From: Nymphaea colorata
Lineage: Eukaryota
Assembly: GCF_008831285.2 (NCBI RefSeq)
Contig: NC_045138.2
Location: 28,582,001-28,646,000, forward strand
Length of the DNA stretch: 64,000 bases
Direction: 5' to 3'
Shown here: in pieces, positions 39,985-55,500 of the stretch
How the letters are laid out: every line of letters begins with the position of its first letter
How positions within the stretch are numbered: position 1 is the first letter of the stretch
The notes under the pieces: model-generated
Databases searched by the model: none
Seen by the model: only the letters and a program-made list of their open reading frames with translations
Told to the model about the DNA's origin: nothing
Position numbers and translations under genes: made by a program

Positions 39985-41055
39985 ATGGCGTCCCCGAGCG
40001 AATGGATTCCTCACGTCCATGCCTTTGTTGATCTTAGCCTCTCGCAGGATCATCACGTATGGCCCTAATTCTTCTTATCTTTTCTGTCTTTCTGTTAGAC
40101 GATTTGATTCCAGAAGTATCCCACCCTCCTTTTTCGCGGATTTTTCGTTGCGTGTAGTGGACGATTTTGCTTGTTTGTTAATTCTCATTGTCAAGGCATC
40201 TTGGTCGAAATCTTGATGTGCAATGGGTTATGGACTGTGGTCCCAGTCCCTGTTTTTCGTCGCAAAGGTAGGGTTTAGTTCAATTGGTTTATGTAATTTT
40301 TGTTTTCTATTGAGGAGGGTTTTTATGAAGCCGTGTAGTTAATTCTCCTGGCCTGATGCTATTCTGTTCGTCGTGACTTCTTGCTTTTTTTTTCCCCGTT
40401 TTTCTCTTTTCAGTTTGTTAAAAGGAAACAGCGCTAGGTAGGCAGCTTGCGGTGCTGTAGGCTGTTCTGGAAAAGTCGGTCTGGTCGATAGACAGCATTT
40501 CGGTCTTAAGCATCAATATTTGTTTTTTGATAAGTTGTTGCCTCTAAGAACCTACTGAGTGGATTTACTTCTAAGTTCTATTTCCGAGATGCATGCAATT
40601 TATCCATGCATCAGATGCAAGCCTGCGGTAGATCTTTTAGTGTTAGTGCATGATAATGCATCATCGCAAACTTTTTATGTGAGAACATTGGAAAAAAAGG
40701 ATGGTAGTCTCATTTGGCAATTACCAGCTGTCTCGTGAACTTTAGGCCATCTTATCTTAAAAAGTACATTAAAAAACCGTATTGGATAGCTAATAAGTCT
40801 CTTTGTACTTTAAGCGACAGTTTTTAAAAAAATCGTGCAAGTTTATTCTCATTACCAAATTTAGAGAGCTATATTTTTTCGGGCTTGGCTGTTAGAGTTT
40901 GTATGACCTAGGATTTATAACTTTCCTTTTGGGGCTATTGACGATCCCTTGGAGTCGTCAAAATATCTTTCTTCCCTTTACTATTTTTATTTATTGGGAA
41001 AAGGACACTAAATATTTCTTATGAAAAAAGGTATAGCAATTAAAGTACGGGGGGA

Positions 41056-41123
<68 letters not shown>

Positions 41124-44100
41124 AAAGTGTACACTTTCGTCACAAGTACAGGGAGCAGAATCAGGACCTTTGCAAAATTCTACAGGATCTGGAATCTGTA
41201 CGTTAGAAGGAAGCCACATCGTTTAGAAAGTCGTGCAGTCAGTAACATATGCATAAGAGTTGGAATATCTTGCAAACAGATATTCCTGAGAGTAATGCTT
41301 CTTGATCTAATTTCCATGAGATAGTGAAGGTTCTCAATATTGGAAATCAAGACTTGTTTGTGAGCTTCCCCATCTTGGAGTCAAGATTCCCTTGTGAAAG
41401 AATCAGACAGAATTGGGATTTCAGAAGAAAATAAGGATTTAGAATTGCAAAATTACACATTTGTCCAGATTGTCAGACCTTGGAATTGCAAGTCTCATGG
41501 CAGGTGTAACTGTAACCACAATGTGGCTGTATTACTCAATCATTATGACAAAAGCAATCATAATATACGCAACTGGGTTCCCTGCCCAGGGAGTAAGCTG
41601 GGTTTATGCTTCAGCCGTGCACCTAAGTCCTCTGTGGGCCTCAGGGCCTTGTCAAGCCTTTTAGGTGATGGGGGCTCAGGCACCATTTGGCAGACACTAG
41701 CATGCAAACAAATGTATATGAACAGAATATTCTAGAAAAATAAGGAGTCATTAGTCTATGTCTCTTTCTCTCTTGTTTTCCTCATTTATTAAGCTTTCGG
41801 TGGCAGTTCTTCAATGTGCTTCTAGCGAGATCTAGTTACAGCCTTACAGGTGTAATTGGTTTGTCTGTGCAAAAGGTCTGACTTGATTATGCATGCTTTT
41901 GTTTTTATGCACATGTTATTTTCATGCATAACAAAGGGAATCTTGAGCAAGTTCTAATTTTGAGCATTGACTGGGATTGGAAACTAATGCTGTTCATTTT
42001 AATTCTTGTTGCATTTAGATACATGAGTTCCTCCTCCAGTACTGTGAAGGGTTTTGTGATTAAACATTGGTTATTGGTGTTCACAGGATGCATGTCTTGG
42101 CAAGATTGTTTCATTTATAAAGACTGACATGTTAACATTAGAAATCTTGGTGAGTCTTAAACACCCTTTGTATTTAGATTTATATAATATCTCCAGACCT
42201 GTTTGGTTGCTTCATTGAGCATGATAGATGCATGAATCAGAAAGCGGATATTTACTGTTACCTTAACCAGAATCTCTGCATACTGTAGGTTAAAGAAATG
42301 GAAATGTATTTGACCACTTCAGATGCTGTAACGCGTGCAAGAGGTACTTTATCCACACGACAATAGTATTTGATTTTATATATACTCTGACGTTCTATTC
42401 CATGTACACTTTTAACCTACTATATGATCAGTGTCAAATTGTTCAAGGAAATCTTGTCATAGGTTTTACTAATAACTCCTGTACCTTTTGTAGAAAATCG
42501 CATCAATTGATCACCTTATTTTCATTTTTTTTCTCTAGTTCCTCCTGAAATATGGAATTGATTAATGATTTAGGTAGTGCTACACTAGAAATTGTTTAAC
42601 TAGTTACTTTATGTATATGAAACATTACATTTGTATGATATAATGTTCATTTTGTCTCTTTCTACATATGTAAATATATTCATTTATGTGCCCATGCCTG
42701 GAAGCATGCAGGTATGATGTGTATGTGAAACTTTTGGAGGAAACTCAAGGTTTATTTCACGTTAGATGTCCCTTATTCACTGGGGATCACATCACATTAT
42801 ATTTAGTGTGGTCATGTCAAAGTAAAATTCTACTACCTGAGAAGGCTTCTGGAAACTTCTCTGGATGATCATCACTATTAAGCTTGTACCTTTGCCTTTA
42901 AGTAAATTTATTTGATTGGAACAGACATAGAAGAACTGTTGTGTATCCCTAAGGAGAAAGCTAGAGGCTAAAGTGGGGGCTTTTTTTCTCCCAAAAAAAG
43001 TGAAGTAGTGATATTTGAAACTAAATGGCAAGTCTAAGCAAATTGAAAATTAAAAATTGTTTCTATGGGTTATAGGAGAACAGATCCTTGCGAGAAACTA
43101 GTGGTTCTTGTTAGAGAATGTAACATGACCAAGTATATGCCAAGGCTCGTCTATTCTATATACTGTTACTATCTTAAGGATGCCGGCTTCCACAAAAATA
43201 TTCTAGATGACATCTTCAATGTTTTAATCACACACTTAGTTCTTGGGCATGGATATTTGTGCCAATGTGGTGGTACTATCGTTAATTACTAGAAGAATAT
43301 TGCTTGTGTGCTAGCTACTTGCTCAAAGCCTCAAAAGATGCATGTGTACCACCAGTCTCTTCTGATTAAGACTATCAATGTGAAGCCATTGATGCACCTG
43401 CATGGCTGCACGTGTTTTGTTGCTTTGTGCATAGAGCAAAATATATTAATGAGATCTTTGTCTTCACAAGGTAGGAAAGCCAGTGGAATTCTGCAGCTAT
43501 GTGCTTTTCACAACTTTCTCATAGATGTATAGCTGCTCTTGTTTACTTGTCTGCTAGCAACTTCATATAAGTGAGAGTTGTTCTGTTGGGTAACTGGGGT
43601 TTCTGTGTGTTTTCTTCCCTGGGTTTATCAAGATTAGAATGAGTACTTGGGATTTCACAGTTGGATATCCTCCATTTTCTGCCTTTTGTATATCGGACAA
43701 GTAGACATCTAAATTTATTCATCCTTGCTATGTTTTAGATGTGATCTCTTGTGGAATTGCTTTTGGCCTAGCAAATATTGATTGCTTTTGCTGCTTCAGG
43801 CATTCTTCTTCTAGCTCAAGTTCTCGTTAGCCTTGTATCAAAGCCAATAGATGTTGCTGCAGTTCATAGCTTGATAGATTTTTTCACGTCTAGATTGGTA
43901 AGTCAAAATAGTTGGAGCATCATTTGTTGTTTCATGCAATTTTTTCTTTGGAAGCTTATGCATGGCAATTCCCACCTTAACTATGCAGGAAAACAAGAAT
44001 TATTTGATATATTATTGTGTAAATTTTGTAGTTCAATGAGATGCAAATTCCATGATTCTTTATGTCATTCCTTTAGTCAATAAATTAGTTGGTACTCATA

Positions 44101-47100
44101 ATCATGAATGTTGTTTTTTTATTAAATGCAAAATAAGGAAAATAAAAAAGCAAAAAAGGGAAAAGATCACAATATTTAAAGTCACCAAAATGAAGATATC
44201 ACGTTTCTATCTTCTTTTCAGAAATATATTTTTAATATATTTTAGTTTTTTAATGGTTTTTTTAATATTTGCAACTCTTTTGAACTTTGTTAAATGTTTT
44301 TGACTTTTTTCAATAAACTTATTGGGAAACTCAAATTCTCATAATTTTTTTACTGTTTTAGTCTATGTCACATAGGTACGGGTATGGGTGCCGGTGCTGG
44401 TACGGGTACGAACCATTTTTAAAAAACTTGGGTACGGGGGTACGGCCGTACACACACATGCACATATACATATATATGTCAAAAAATTTCAAACAAAATA
44501 ACCTATTCGCACATATATATATCAAAAATTACAAACAAAACAACATATTCATAAATCATAATCCAACATATTCACAGGGAGACACAGAGACAGAGAAGGT
44601 CAATCGAAAGGTGAGAGAGGCGACTTCAGTGTGAGGGTTTTGAGCAGTAGGAGAGGGAGACAACGAGTGTGCAGGAGAGTGAGGCGGCGAGAGAGACGAC
44701 TTCCATGTGAGAGTTTCGAGCAGCAGGAGAGGAAGATTGGCTGGAGACAGAAAAACAACTGTTATTGAAAAAAACAAAAGGAAAGAAGCAAACAGAACAC
44801 CGTGAACACAAAAAATAGAACAAGGGTGGCCGTCGGCGGTCGTCGCCGAAGGCAGGGGTGGAGCCGATGAAAATGAAAAGAAAAATGAAAAAAGGAAAAA
44901 ATCGTGACAGTTGCCTCCTACCGTCTTCTGTCGCCGGTCGCCGCTGCCGTCGCCAGTCGCTGCTGCCGTCGCCAGTCGCTGCTGCCATCGCTCGGTGAGA
45001 GGTAAGAACAGACAAACGAAAACTTTAAGTTTTAAGGGTTTCGTTTCTTTTTGTTTAACGTTAAAATGGTTTTAAAAGTTAAAATCAAATAATCGTTAAA
45101 AATAAAAACGGACGGATTTGGACTCGGTCAAATTTGAACGTGTCAAAAAATGGACGGGTACGGCCTCCAGTGCGTTGATCGTACCCGGTACTGTCAACGC
45201 CGCACCATCGGCGTACCCAAGCCCGTACCCGTACTGGTGTCATACCGGTACCGGACGGGTACTTCACCTTTACAGGCGTACCCGTGTATCATAGGTTTTA
45301 GTTTTCATTTTCTTTTAATTCTCACGATTTTCCCCAAGAAAATGAAACGTCTCTTTTAATAGCTGAGAAAAACCTTGGTGATAAAGACCTGAAAACTGTA
45401 TTGTGACTATGGCTGATACTATGCGATCTCATATACCCTTTCTTTTTTATAGTAAATTATCATTCTAAGTTCCCCCTTCTTTCCTTTTAAATGTGTGTCA
45501 CAAATGTAAATCGAGCAAGAATTAAGCTATAAATAGATGGAGGAAGGTAAAACGGCTGAATGTAATCACTTTATAGGAAGGTGAAAAATTTGCTTAATCA
45601 TGTGACTGTACGCTAAACCTACATAACCACATTGCAGTAAGGGCACAATAACTTGCCTGATATGGACTATTAATAATTTCCCCTTTGTCTTGCAGCATAT
45701 TTTCAGTCAAAAGGAAAAGAATTCGAATGTTGTGCCCACTGCCCACGAATGTCAAAAACATAGCAGTCTATATAATAATCATTAGGGGGCGTTTGGTTGA
45801 CAGGAAAAGCACTGTTCAACAGGAAAAAAAATTCAAATTTTTAAAACTTTTCCATTTCATCAAACATGGAAAAAAAATTTGGACGATTCTGGAAAAATAT
45901 TTCCGGAAAAATTTCTCCAGCCAGAGGGGTGGAGAAATTTTTCTAGAAATTTTTTTGTGACCGTTGGAGGAGGAAATTTTTTCTCCCTCCTCCCTCCTTC
46001 TCTTCTTCCTCCTTCTTCCTCACCATTCTCATCAAACAAAGAAATTTTTTTCTAGAAAAATAATTCCTCCATAACAAACACAAACTGGTTTTGGAAAAAC
46101 GGAAAAATTTTTCCGTTTCTTCAATTCCAGAAATTTTTTTCTAGAAATTTTTTTCCAGAAATTTTTTTCTGACCATCAAACGGCCCCTTAGGGAGTGCAT
46201 CCTCTGTGCAGTCTCTTTTGCCACATAAAAAAATATGGTGCATGTGTTAAGCGGTCATCTTTGTTTGATAGTCATTTTCTTAGTATGTGTTTGGCTCTGT
46301 CACATGGGTGCAGACTTAGGTGCTGATACAGGCACCAGTGCAAGACATTTTCGAAAAATTTAGATGAGGGAAATATATATATATATATATATTTGTTGCC
46401 CTGGTGTATATCCAAGAGTACTCCTATGGCCAATCGATCACCCATTCATTCTTGGTGGGGCCCTGTCCCATGTGGAGTATGCCCCCCAGACTACACTTGA
46501 TGGCCAGATCATGACTATATATATAATGCGTAGGTTGGATTTTATAAGGGTTCAGAATCAGTAGTTTGAACTCTTTTTGGCTGATAAACTCTGATCTATG
46601 TAGTATGTAGTGAAGCCCATGCATTTTGGTTAACTTTTTTGTGATTCCATGTTTTTAAGCATCTCATGTCCATGTGTATGATTGTATTTGCCAAAAAGTA
46701 CTTAACAATGTTGTATGACACAACTGAATTTCATATTTTCGGATGGGATATGAGGATTCTAAGCATATGTACGTAGCTATGTATGAGTAATGTGTGTACA
46801 CATGCATATGTTTTGCATGTACACATCAAATGCATGAACAGAGACATTCCTAAGCCTATGTATATATGTTGTCAAAACTCAAAACTCCATTTTGTGGGTT
46901 ATCGCAGACTGTGTTGATGTTCATATACATTTGCTTCAGGCAGATTGGCAGGCTATACATGGTGCACTTATTGGTTGTGTGGCACTTTTACGAAGATATA
47001 GTGCTGTTGGAATGGTTTCAACGTGTGATGCAAGAAATCTTGCACAATCTTTTCTGGTGAATCTTCAGGTTCAAGCTCTAGCACAAGCGGACCGTAAGGT

Positions 47101-49477
47101 GGGGAAAACAAAAATTGGACCATAGTGAAGTCAGCATGCTATTTGTTTATCATAGGAAAATCCAAGTGAATTTAATATATATTTTTTCCAAACTTGCAGC
47201 TATGCTTTGAACTTCTTGAGTGCCTTCTGTCTGCACATCCTGATGCGCTCAGGCCACTGGTGCACTTCCTTTTTACACTTGAATCATGAAGCCAATTGTG
47301 TTTTCACAATATCATGTCTGTAATTTGCTTTCCTTAAAACTCTAGATATGGTGTTTTTACTGCCGTAACTTCTTTTTTCTTGTATTTTCATTTAAGGGTG
47401 ATGACCTTGTTTATGGAGTATGTGAAGCAATTGATGAAGAGAAAGATCCTTGGTGCCTATTGCATTGCTTTCGCATTGTGGAGCTTCTGGTGGATCTGTT
47501 TCCTGATCCATCTGGTCCTCTAGCAAGCTTTTCCAAGGATATTTTTGAAATATTGGGCCGCTATTTTCCTATCTATTTTACACATGTAAGCTGAACAGCA
47601 TCTAATGCACATCTTTTCATGATAACAATGATGTATTATTTACAGTCTCATTTTATGTATATAATCACATTGGATATGATGTGGTTTTGATGTTTGGAAA
47701 TTGCATGCGATGAAAGTATGACCTATCTTGTACTAGTTTCTATTTCCAGTGGTGTATCTTCATATTAAAAACGTGCCACGGCCAGAAGAAAAGTTAGTAT
47801 AGTAACTATCGCTGTGACCATGTGGAAGCTAAAACTTCGTTCATTGCAGCTACTGTTACCGTTTTTCTACAATCGGAATGGAGATAATGCTTTCAACAAT
47901 GAATATAATTTTTTTGCTTGTGGTACCAAAAGGAGCCCTGCCCATGTGGCTTAGGGGCAGACCTGAAACCTTTAGGTTGAAGGAGATCAAAAGTGAAAGG
48001 AAGCTTGAATTACTCCACTTAAAGCAGACATAGGGTCAAATTTGATGAACACTTTTACCAGATGTTTCTATTTCTTATTTATTGAACAGGGGCTTGTCTG
48101 GTGCCCTGCATATCTTAGCGATTCACTAAAATCTCTGCTTTCGACATGTGGAATTCCTTTTATTGCTCCATCTATTTTTTTCAGCCAGCTGCATTGCATA
48201 CAGAAGGTTCAGACCAATGTTATAAAAGGCATAGCGTATCGCTTATCGGTCGGGCCGACCTATACGCTGTATCGTATCGTAAAATTAATTTTTTAATTTT
48301 AAAAAATATTTAAAAATCAGAAAAAATAGAAAAAAATTATTAAAAATCTGAAAAAATGAACAAAAATCAGAAATCAAGAAAAATGTATTCAAATATAAAA
48401 AAGATCATCATACGTAAGGAACATTCATGTGTATCAACAACACATTCAAAAATAAGAAATTAGATATTCAAAATAACATAATAAGCATTCATCACAATTT
48501 TAAACTTGAACTTGGAGTTTTAGGACTTAGATTACATCACAATTTTATAAGTTCAAAACATATAGCTATCATCTTTCATGATTTAACGATAATATCTCCC
48601 AAATCGATGAATCCTTGGTTATTTTTGATAAAAATGTGCAAAATCTGTCCCTCCTACGTCTCTTGAAGTCTTTAAATACAAGAAGAGAGAGAGGGAGGAG
48701 TGTTTAAACTTTAAAAAATAAAAAATTTTGTGTTTTAACCCGTATCGTACGATACGGGGGTGTATCGCATATCGAATACGTATACATATCGTACGATACG
48801 CATTCGTATTGTATGATATAGATAACATTGGTTCAGACACCTTTTGTCCATCTTCCTTTTTATGTTGTTTCAAGACAGCTCCTTCATATTGGAAAATAGC
48901 AACATGGTGTACTTAAAGTCTGGGCCATGTAACACGGACTGTTTGAGGTGGTTATCACACTCATGTTGCACCTGCATTGGGTGCTGGTGCTGTTCCGACT
49001 CACCAAACGATGACAAGTCTAGCCAACTAAATGTGCTCCAATTGCACATTACTCACTAAAATCTCTGCTTTGGAAACGTGGAGTTGCTTGTATTGCTCCA
49101 TTATCTTTCAACCAGCTTTATTGCACTAGAAGGTTTAGACACCTTTGTCTATTATCCTTTTTTATGGCATTGTTTCAAAACAGCTCTTTTATATTGGAAA
49201 CTAGCAATATGTTATATTTAAATTTTAAAGTCTTAAAGTCATGGACTCTTTACGGAGGTTTTCACTTTCACACTTGGGTTGCACCTGCACTGGGTGCTGG
49301 TGCTGCTCCGACTCATCAAATGCAATTGTCAGTTATGACAAGGGCAATCAACTAGATGTGCACATTAGGTTTCATTTCAGCTCGATTTGTTGTTGTAAAT
49401 GAGTCATAAATTCATACTTTCAATATTTTAGTGGCTTTAGTCTCATAAACTATTTATTTTTTGGTTTTTTATTTATA

Positions 49478-49514
<37 letters not shown>

Positions 49515-52500
49515 TACAGAATCAGGCACACACACACACATAAAACTACATCCCTGCACCCAAGTATTTTGAAATTACGTTGAACTTGTTTGCACCTGCA
49601 CCACATATGTCTATTGTCTACATATATTTCAAGTTTACAAATATTTTTTTGTGGTTTGCTTCTAATAATAAAGTCTGTTACATGTAGTTTCTGATAATAC
49701 CAAGTTTTTGATGTCCTGCTGTAGTTCTTAGTGTAGTTTCTCTTTCCAATGACAGGCAAAAGATGATACACTTGATGTGAAAAGAGAGGATCTTTCAAGG
49801 GCTCTTATGGTATGCTAACCGTTTCTACGAAATCTGGTGCTCTTTTACTTGATTTACCTTTCTTTTTTGGTGGGAAAAGTTTACTTGCATTTTTGGCTGA
49901 TGACCGAAGTTTCAACATTGGTAAGAAATTTTTGTGGATGATAAAGTTTTCATTATTTTTACCTTTTACTTAGAAGAGGGGATTTTTTGGTTGAGAATGT
50001 TTCATGGCGTCTATCCTTTATTTCTTGGTGGTTCATGCTTCAGATAGGAACACTGTAATAACAACTACTTTTCCCAAAATAAAGAACCTTAAATGCCACC
50101 TTACTTCTTTTAGTTTTTCGAAAATACCTAAGGTATTACTACACGAAAAAGGTGAAGTGTCATACTTCTGCCATTCGGTATTCCTGTTGCTGTTGTTCCA
50201 TATTTCCTCGTGCACAAATCATGTTGGGAACTTCATAAAATTGTTTCGTCCTATTTGCCTCCATGCAAACTAGGTCTTTCTTATCCATGATGTATCTAGC
50301 GATCTTACTATCACCCTGCCCTCCCCCTTTTCGAATGCCAGCTTTTTGGAAGAGGAAAAAGGGCGATGGAAGAAAAAAGTTTGAAAAATGATGTAGGTTA
50401 TAGTCATGGATGTGATATCATTCCTATGATCAAGTTTCAGGTTCTCTTTTTTCCTTGTTATGCTGAGAATATAGTTTTGTAGTATGGCCTGCATTATAAT
50501 TTGGATAACGATGCCTGCAGACACATTAAGATTCAATAAAATTCAATATGTTAATCTTCTATCTTTTTATGGACCTTCTAATTATTAACCTTTGTTTTTC
50601 AGAATGCATTATCCTCTACTCCTCTTTTTGAGCCATTCTGCATTCCACTGCTTCTTGAGAAGCTTACTTCATCATTACAAATAGCTAAGGTTAGTTAAAA
50701 ATATGTTTTCACATTCTGAGGATTGACATTATTTTATATTCCTTGCATTTGGAAGTTTCAACAGTGGCTTATAGTGTTAGTGATTTTTTTAAATGCTTGC
50801 AGATTGACGCTTTGAAGTATCTTAGCCACTGTGTGATACAATATGGGTCGGATAGGATGTCAAACCATGCCAAAGCTATTTGGTTATCCTTGAAAGACAT
50901 AATCTTTACATTTTCATCATCACAAGAACCAGTAACCTCATCTACTTTGGAGCTGCTGGAGAACCAATCCAAGGAGAATGAAGTTATGAAAGAAGCTCTT
51001 ATGTGCTGGGCAAACTGTGTTCTGGTATGTGATGGGTCAAATGAGGTCTTCCTTCCTCTAATGATGCAGGACAGTGACGTGGTGATGATATTCAGTTCCA
51101 TAACTGGGGATTATTGCTGGGCACACATGTCAACAGAATGCAAAAAGAGGTTAAATGCACTTGGTAGTCTTGTATATGTGGCTGCAAAAGTTTCATCTAC
51201 TTGCTGCACCAAGGTTATTGAAAGTTTTTTTCCACGCTTAATGGATTTACTGGGTATTTCTTCAAGAGATGTTCCTTTGGATTCAGTTCCAGAGGTGAAC
51301 AACTCACTTTCCATTAAGTTGAACTCTGGAGCTCTTTTCCTATGCATTGAACTTCTTACTGCATGTAGGAATTTGGCTGTAGATTTGGTTTCTCGAGATG
51401 TTTCTTCCCAATGTGTTCCTTCTCAACATGGTTGGTTCCATTTGCTTCAAAATTTTGCTGAACCTTTGGTACTTGGTCTTAGATTTGCTTTATCATCAGC
51501 TGAAAGCACTATTATTAAGAATCAGGCCATTGAGGGGACAGATGGAATATGTGTAGGTACGCATATCTACTTGATCCAATAGCCTTTGATGCTCCACTAT
51601 TTTCTCTCTTTACAATTTACATATGTCTAAGTGCAAAAAGAAAAAACATTGATTTTACTAGGAATGAGTATAGAAGTTTGTCATCTTGGTGACATTATAT
51701 CTGTCTGTTGACCTGCTGTTCATAAACAGAATAAAGATTACCACAGATGGATTATACACATAAATGTTCACATTTTCAGTTCACGCATTTCAGTGGTGCT
51801 GCTTCTTAGATCACCTCTCTTGTGAAAAATAGTGGGTTTCTGGTATTTTTTCTCTTTTTCGAGAAGCAGGCAGGGCAGGGCTTCTGATCAGGGCGTTAGG
51901 GAATGGGAAATGCAGTCAGTTTCTCAAAGTGCACCAGTATTGCTGAATACATTGTAACTTGATTCTCAAAACCATATTTTAGGACCATTTTGAATGCATT
52001 GGCAAGACATATTCTTTGATTTGGCTCCACTCTTCTCTGACAAGAGGAAAGCAATTATCAACTATGTTACTCTGTCAGTGTGTGTGTGTGAGAGAGAGAG
52101 AGAGAGCTGGTGCCGCATCTGTGGACTAGATTTTGAGACCCAAAATCTGAGTGCATGTGAAATGGGTCATTGAATTGCTTTTTTCTGCATGGCTTTAGTA
52201 CCTGAAAGCCAGAAGAAGCTTTCAAACAACTTTGGGTTTGCAATTCTGTCCATTTGAAAATCATGTCCTGCAATCTATGTCACATGGGTGTGGGTACGAT
52301 ACGGGTACAGGTATGGCAGAACGGGTTCAGACACGACAATTTTGAAAATTGTGGGTATGTGGGTACAGCAAATTTTATATTCTCAAACATGATCATAATG
52401 AAAAAAAAAACTTAATAGTTCACTCTTATAATCTCATAAAAAAGTCTCAAACAACACATTGTTTATCATAAGAACACTATTACTATCAAACATGAACTTG

Positions 52501-55500
52501 TAGTAGGCTGAGAGATTCCTTTTCCTTTGTTCACCATACTACATTAGAAATAATAAAAATATGCAAAACAAAAAACGTATAATGAACAAAAAAAATTGAA
52601 GGAATAAAAAATAAGAATATGTCAATAAGTTACCAAACATGCACAAAAATGGAATTGGAACTCCAAATATCGCTTGCATCTTTTGAACTAAAAAAATTTC
52701 ACATTGGTCATCTACCAGACTAGCTCTTGAACAAACAACAATAGACTCCTTTCTAATGGCTCTCCGGGAAGCAAGAATCAAGCTCACACTAGAACAATAA
52801 AGAAGGCTATATTTGTGCCACTGCCAACGAGATTCATAGAGTTATTTTTCAACTTCAAGGAAGTGATAAGTATAAGATTAAAAAAAAATTAAGACACCAA
52901 GGAAAAACAAAACTTTGAATGACACTGCAGAAGCAACCGAGTAGGTTGGCTCTAGCCTAACATCAAGTGTTTGAAATTGGTGTTATTAGTAACAACAAAA
53001 AAGAGTTTAAGAAATGGAGCATGGGAGAAATAGGAGGTCTCTTTTCATAGGCAAGAAGTTTACAACTAAAGACCGTAGGCTTTCGCTCGAAATGGAAACA
53101 ACATCAGATTTTGCTCCACCTCCATTGCTGTAATTAGTTGAACTAGCAACAAAAGTGTCACAGCGGTTTTACACGTAAAATCAATCAAAATATGAAACAA
53201 AACATCCCCAAATAAAAAAAAAAAATCCAAATCAAGAAAATGAAACCCTAAGTTGTAATATTGAAAAGAAAAAAAAACACTTACCTGGCTGCCGCTGGAC
53301 ACCACTGGACATCACCGTGGGTCACCGGACGTCGTCGTCGCTGCCAGTCATCGCTGCGGAAGAGATCTGCTGCAGAAAAATGCAGGTGAGTCGAGCTCTG
53401 CAACAGAGCTCGGCTTCTTTTCGTGAAATAAAAAACAAACAAAATTTTTGGTTTGGATTGGGTCTGACCCAGACCCGATCCAACCCGTACCCAAAGCTTC
53501 TGCCGTACCCGTGGGCAAATCCACGTACCCGTGTCACATAGCCTGCAATGTATAGAAACTGAATTTGCATCTGAATACAAGCCTTGCAAACAGCGCCTGA
53601 GTTTTAAATTTAGAATTAGATATATGATTCACTTGTTAATGCACCATTATCTGCTGTCCATTTTCTATCTTTTTCCCTCTAGAGAATTGCTTAGTTCTAT
53701 ATTTTGGTGGCTTGCACAGCACATGGTAGGCATATGTCTGCTGATATATGCAAACACAGAATTTTTTCCCTCATTTTGCTTGATATATACATGCATGTGT
53801 TGTTGTGGAGGGACATGTATATCTCTGTATTTTATGGTTTATCCTTGTACCTTTTAAATGTTATTTATGCTGATGTTTCTTACTATGTCTTTTTCATAAT
53901 TTCTTAAATTTTATTGAAAGGTTTCCCTCGTTTAAAAAATTCTGAGACATTTTGGATCGATAAGTAGGCCTAATCTCTCATGTTTTCTGGGGAAAACTTT
54001 GGACTTGGGGATGATTTTTAATGATGACTGTATCTAATGGGTCATGTCTTTGGTGAAAGCTAATGGTAATAAAATTTCACTATAAGTTCCTAACTATCAT
54101 GTTGTTTGTTCCTTGAGGTGTTGAAATTTCTTGTATCTAGTTACAATATTATGGCTGATATTTGTACTTTGCTTCTGATTGTTATTGCTGGCTGGTTCAG
54201 CTTTTGCAATTTTATAAATATTTAAATTCTTGATTACTTCGTACTGTAGTACTGGCTGCTACAATATGTCTTTGTGGGTGCATAAGTTTTTGCACTTCTT
54301 TTTAAATTAATTATGTTGGCTCTACTTGATCCCAGATGCTGATTTCAACTTAGCTAATGATATTATTTCTATGTCCAAATTCAACTTTTCATTTGTTTTT
54401 TTTATTTTACAGTGAGATGTTTGCAGATATTGGCAACGTTTCCAGGTTGTTTTTCACCACTCCCTGAAGCTGTGTTTGGGGATATTCTGAGGAGCTTTAT
54501 TTTGGTCATAGCTGACAGCTGCAGAGAGAAAGCCTTATGGAAACATTCTTTGAAAAATCTGGTGCAAATTGGTTCATCAATTGAGAAATTTGGTGACCCA
54601 AAAAGATGCATAAGCTACAAAAATATTGTTGTCGAGAGGTCTCTATCATGGCCCATGCATGAATCTTCTGTACCTCTGTCAGTGAAGCTGGAGGTTCTGT
54701 TTGACATTGGCACCACGAGGGTTGATTTTGCTGTGAGAATACTTGAAGGACTGAAGGAGATTCTTTCTAGTAATCTGATTGAGGCTTTGGTATGTTCTGT
54801 TATGATGTTTTGCACACATTAACATGTTTCTTCTTAGTTTTTGAAATATTATTTGGCCCTATCTGTTGAAATCATTCTGCCAATCAAAGATCATGGAATA
54901 CTGATTTTGTTTCTTTTGTCAGGTTAAAGGGAATCACGTTTGTGCAAAAATAGCAACTAGCGTGTTAAACTGCTTGTCAATTCGGTTGCTTCCATGGTAT
55001 TCTTTACTCTTCTGATCTTGCTTAGTTATGAATTGGACAAATTTGTAAACAACAAATCCTATTTACCCAACATGCAGCCTAGTTTTTGTTTCATCAATTT
55101 TATTCACCTGGACTCTTATTTTGTCTCACACAAATGGTCCTAAATAGATCAACTAGCCATGGTTTGGTTGGTTATCTAAGAGGTGAACACAGCATGAGTG
55201 ATGTTAAAAGAAAGGGATAGATATACTTTGATGCCTGTGTCTGGTACTTGGAACATATCACAGGAAGTGGTAAGCACATGATTGTTAATTGAACCATTAG
55301 GTGATCAGTTGATTTTTTTTTTTGCGATTATAAAAGGACTGTGTTTTTTCATATGGGTAAGTAAACTTTATTTTTTCATGTGAGGAATTAGCTTAGCAAA
55401 AGCAAATAACTGTTTTGACTATTGTCGTAGATATTATTTGTGGATTTTCTTTGAAGAGGTTTTTCTTGGGCTTTCATTCCGAAGGTTTGTTTTTTCTCTG

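Noticed and set aside
51860..51885. gagaagcaggcagggc resembling miR164
   Set aside because: Partial match only, with no hairpin partner seen.
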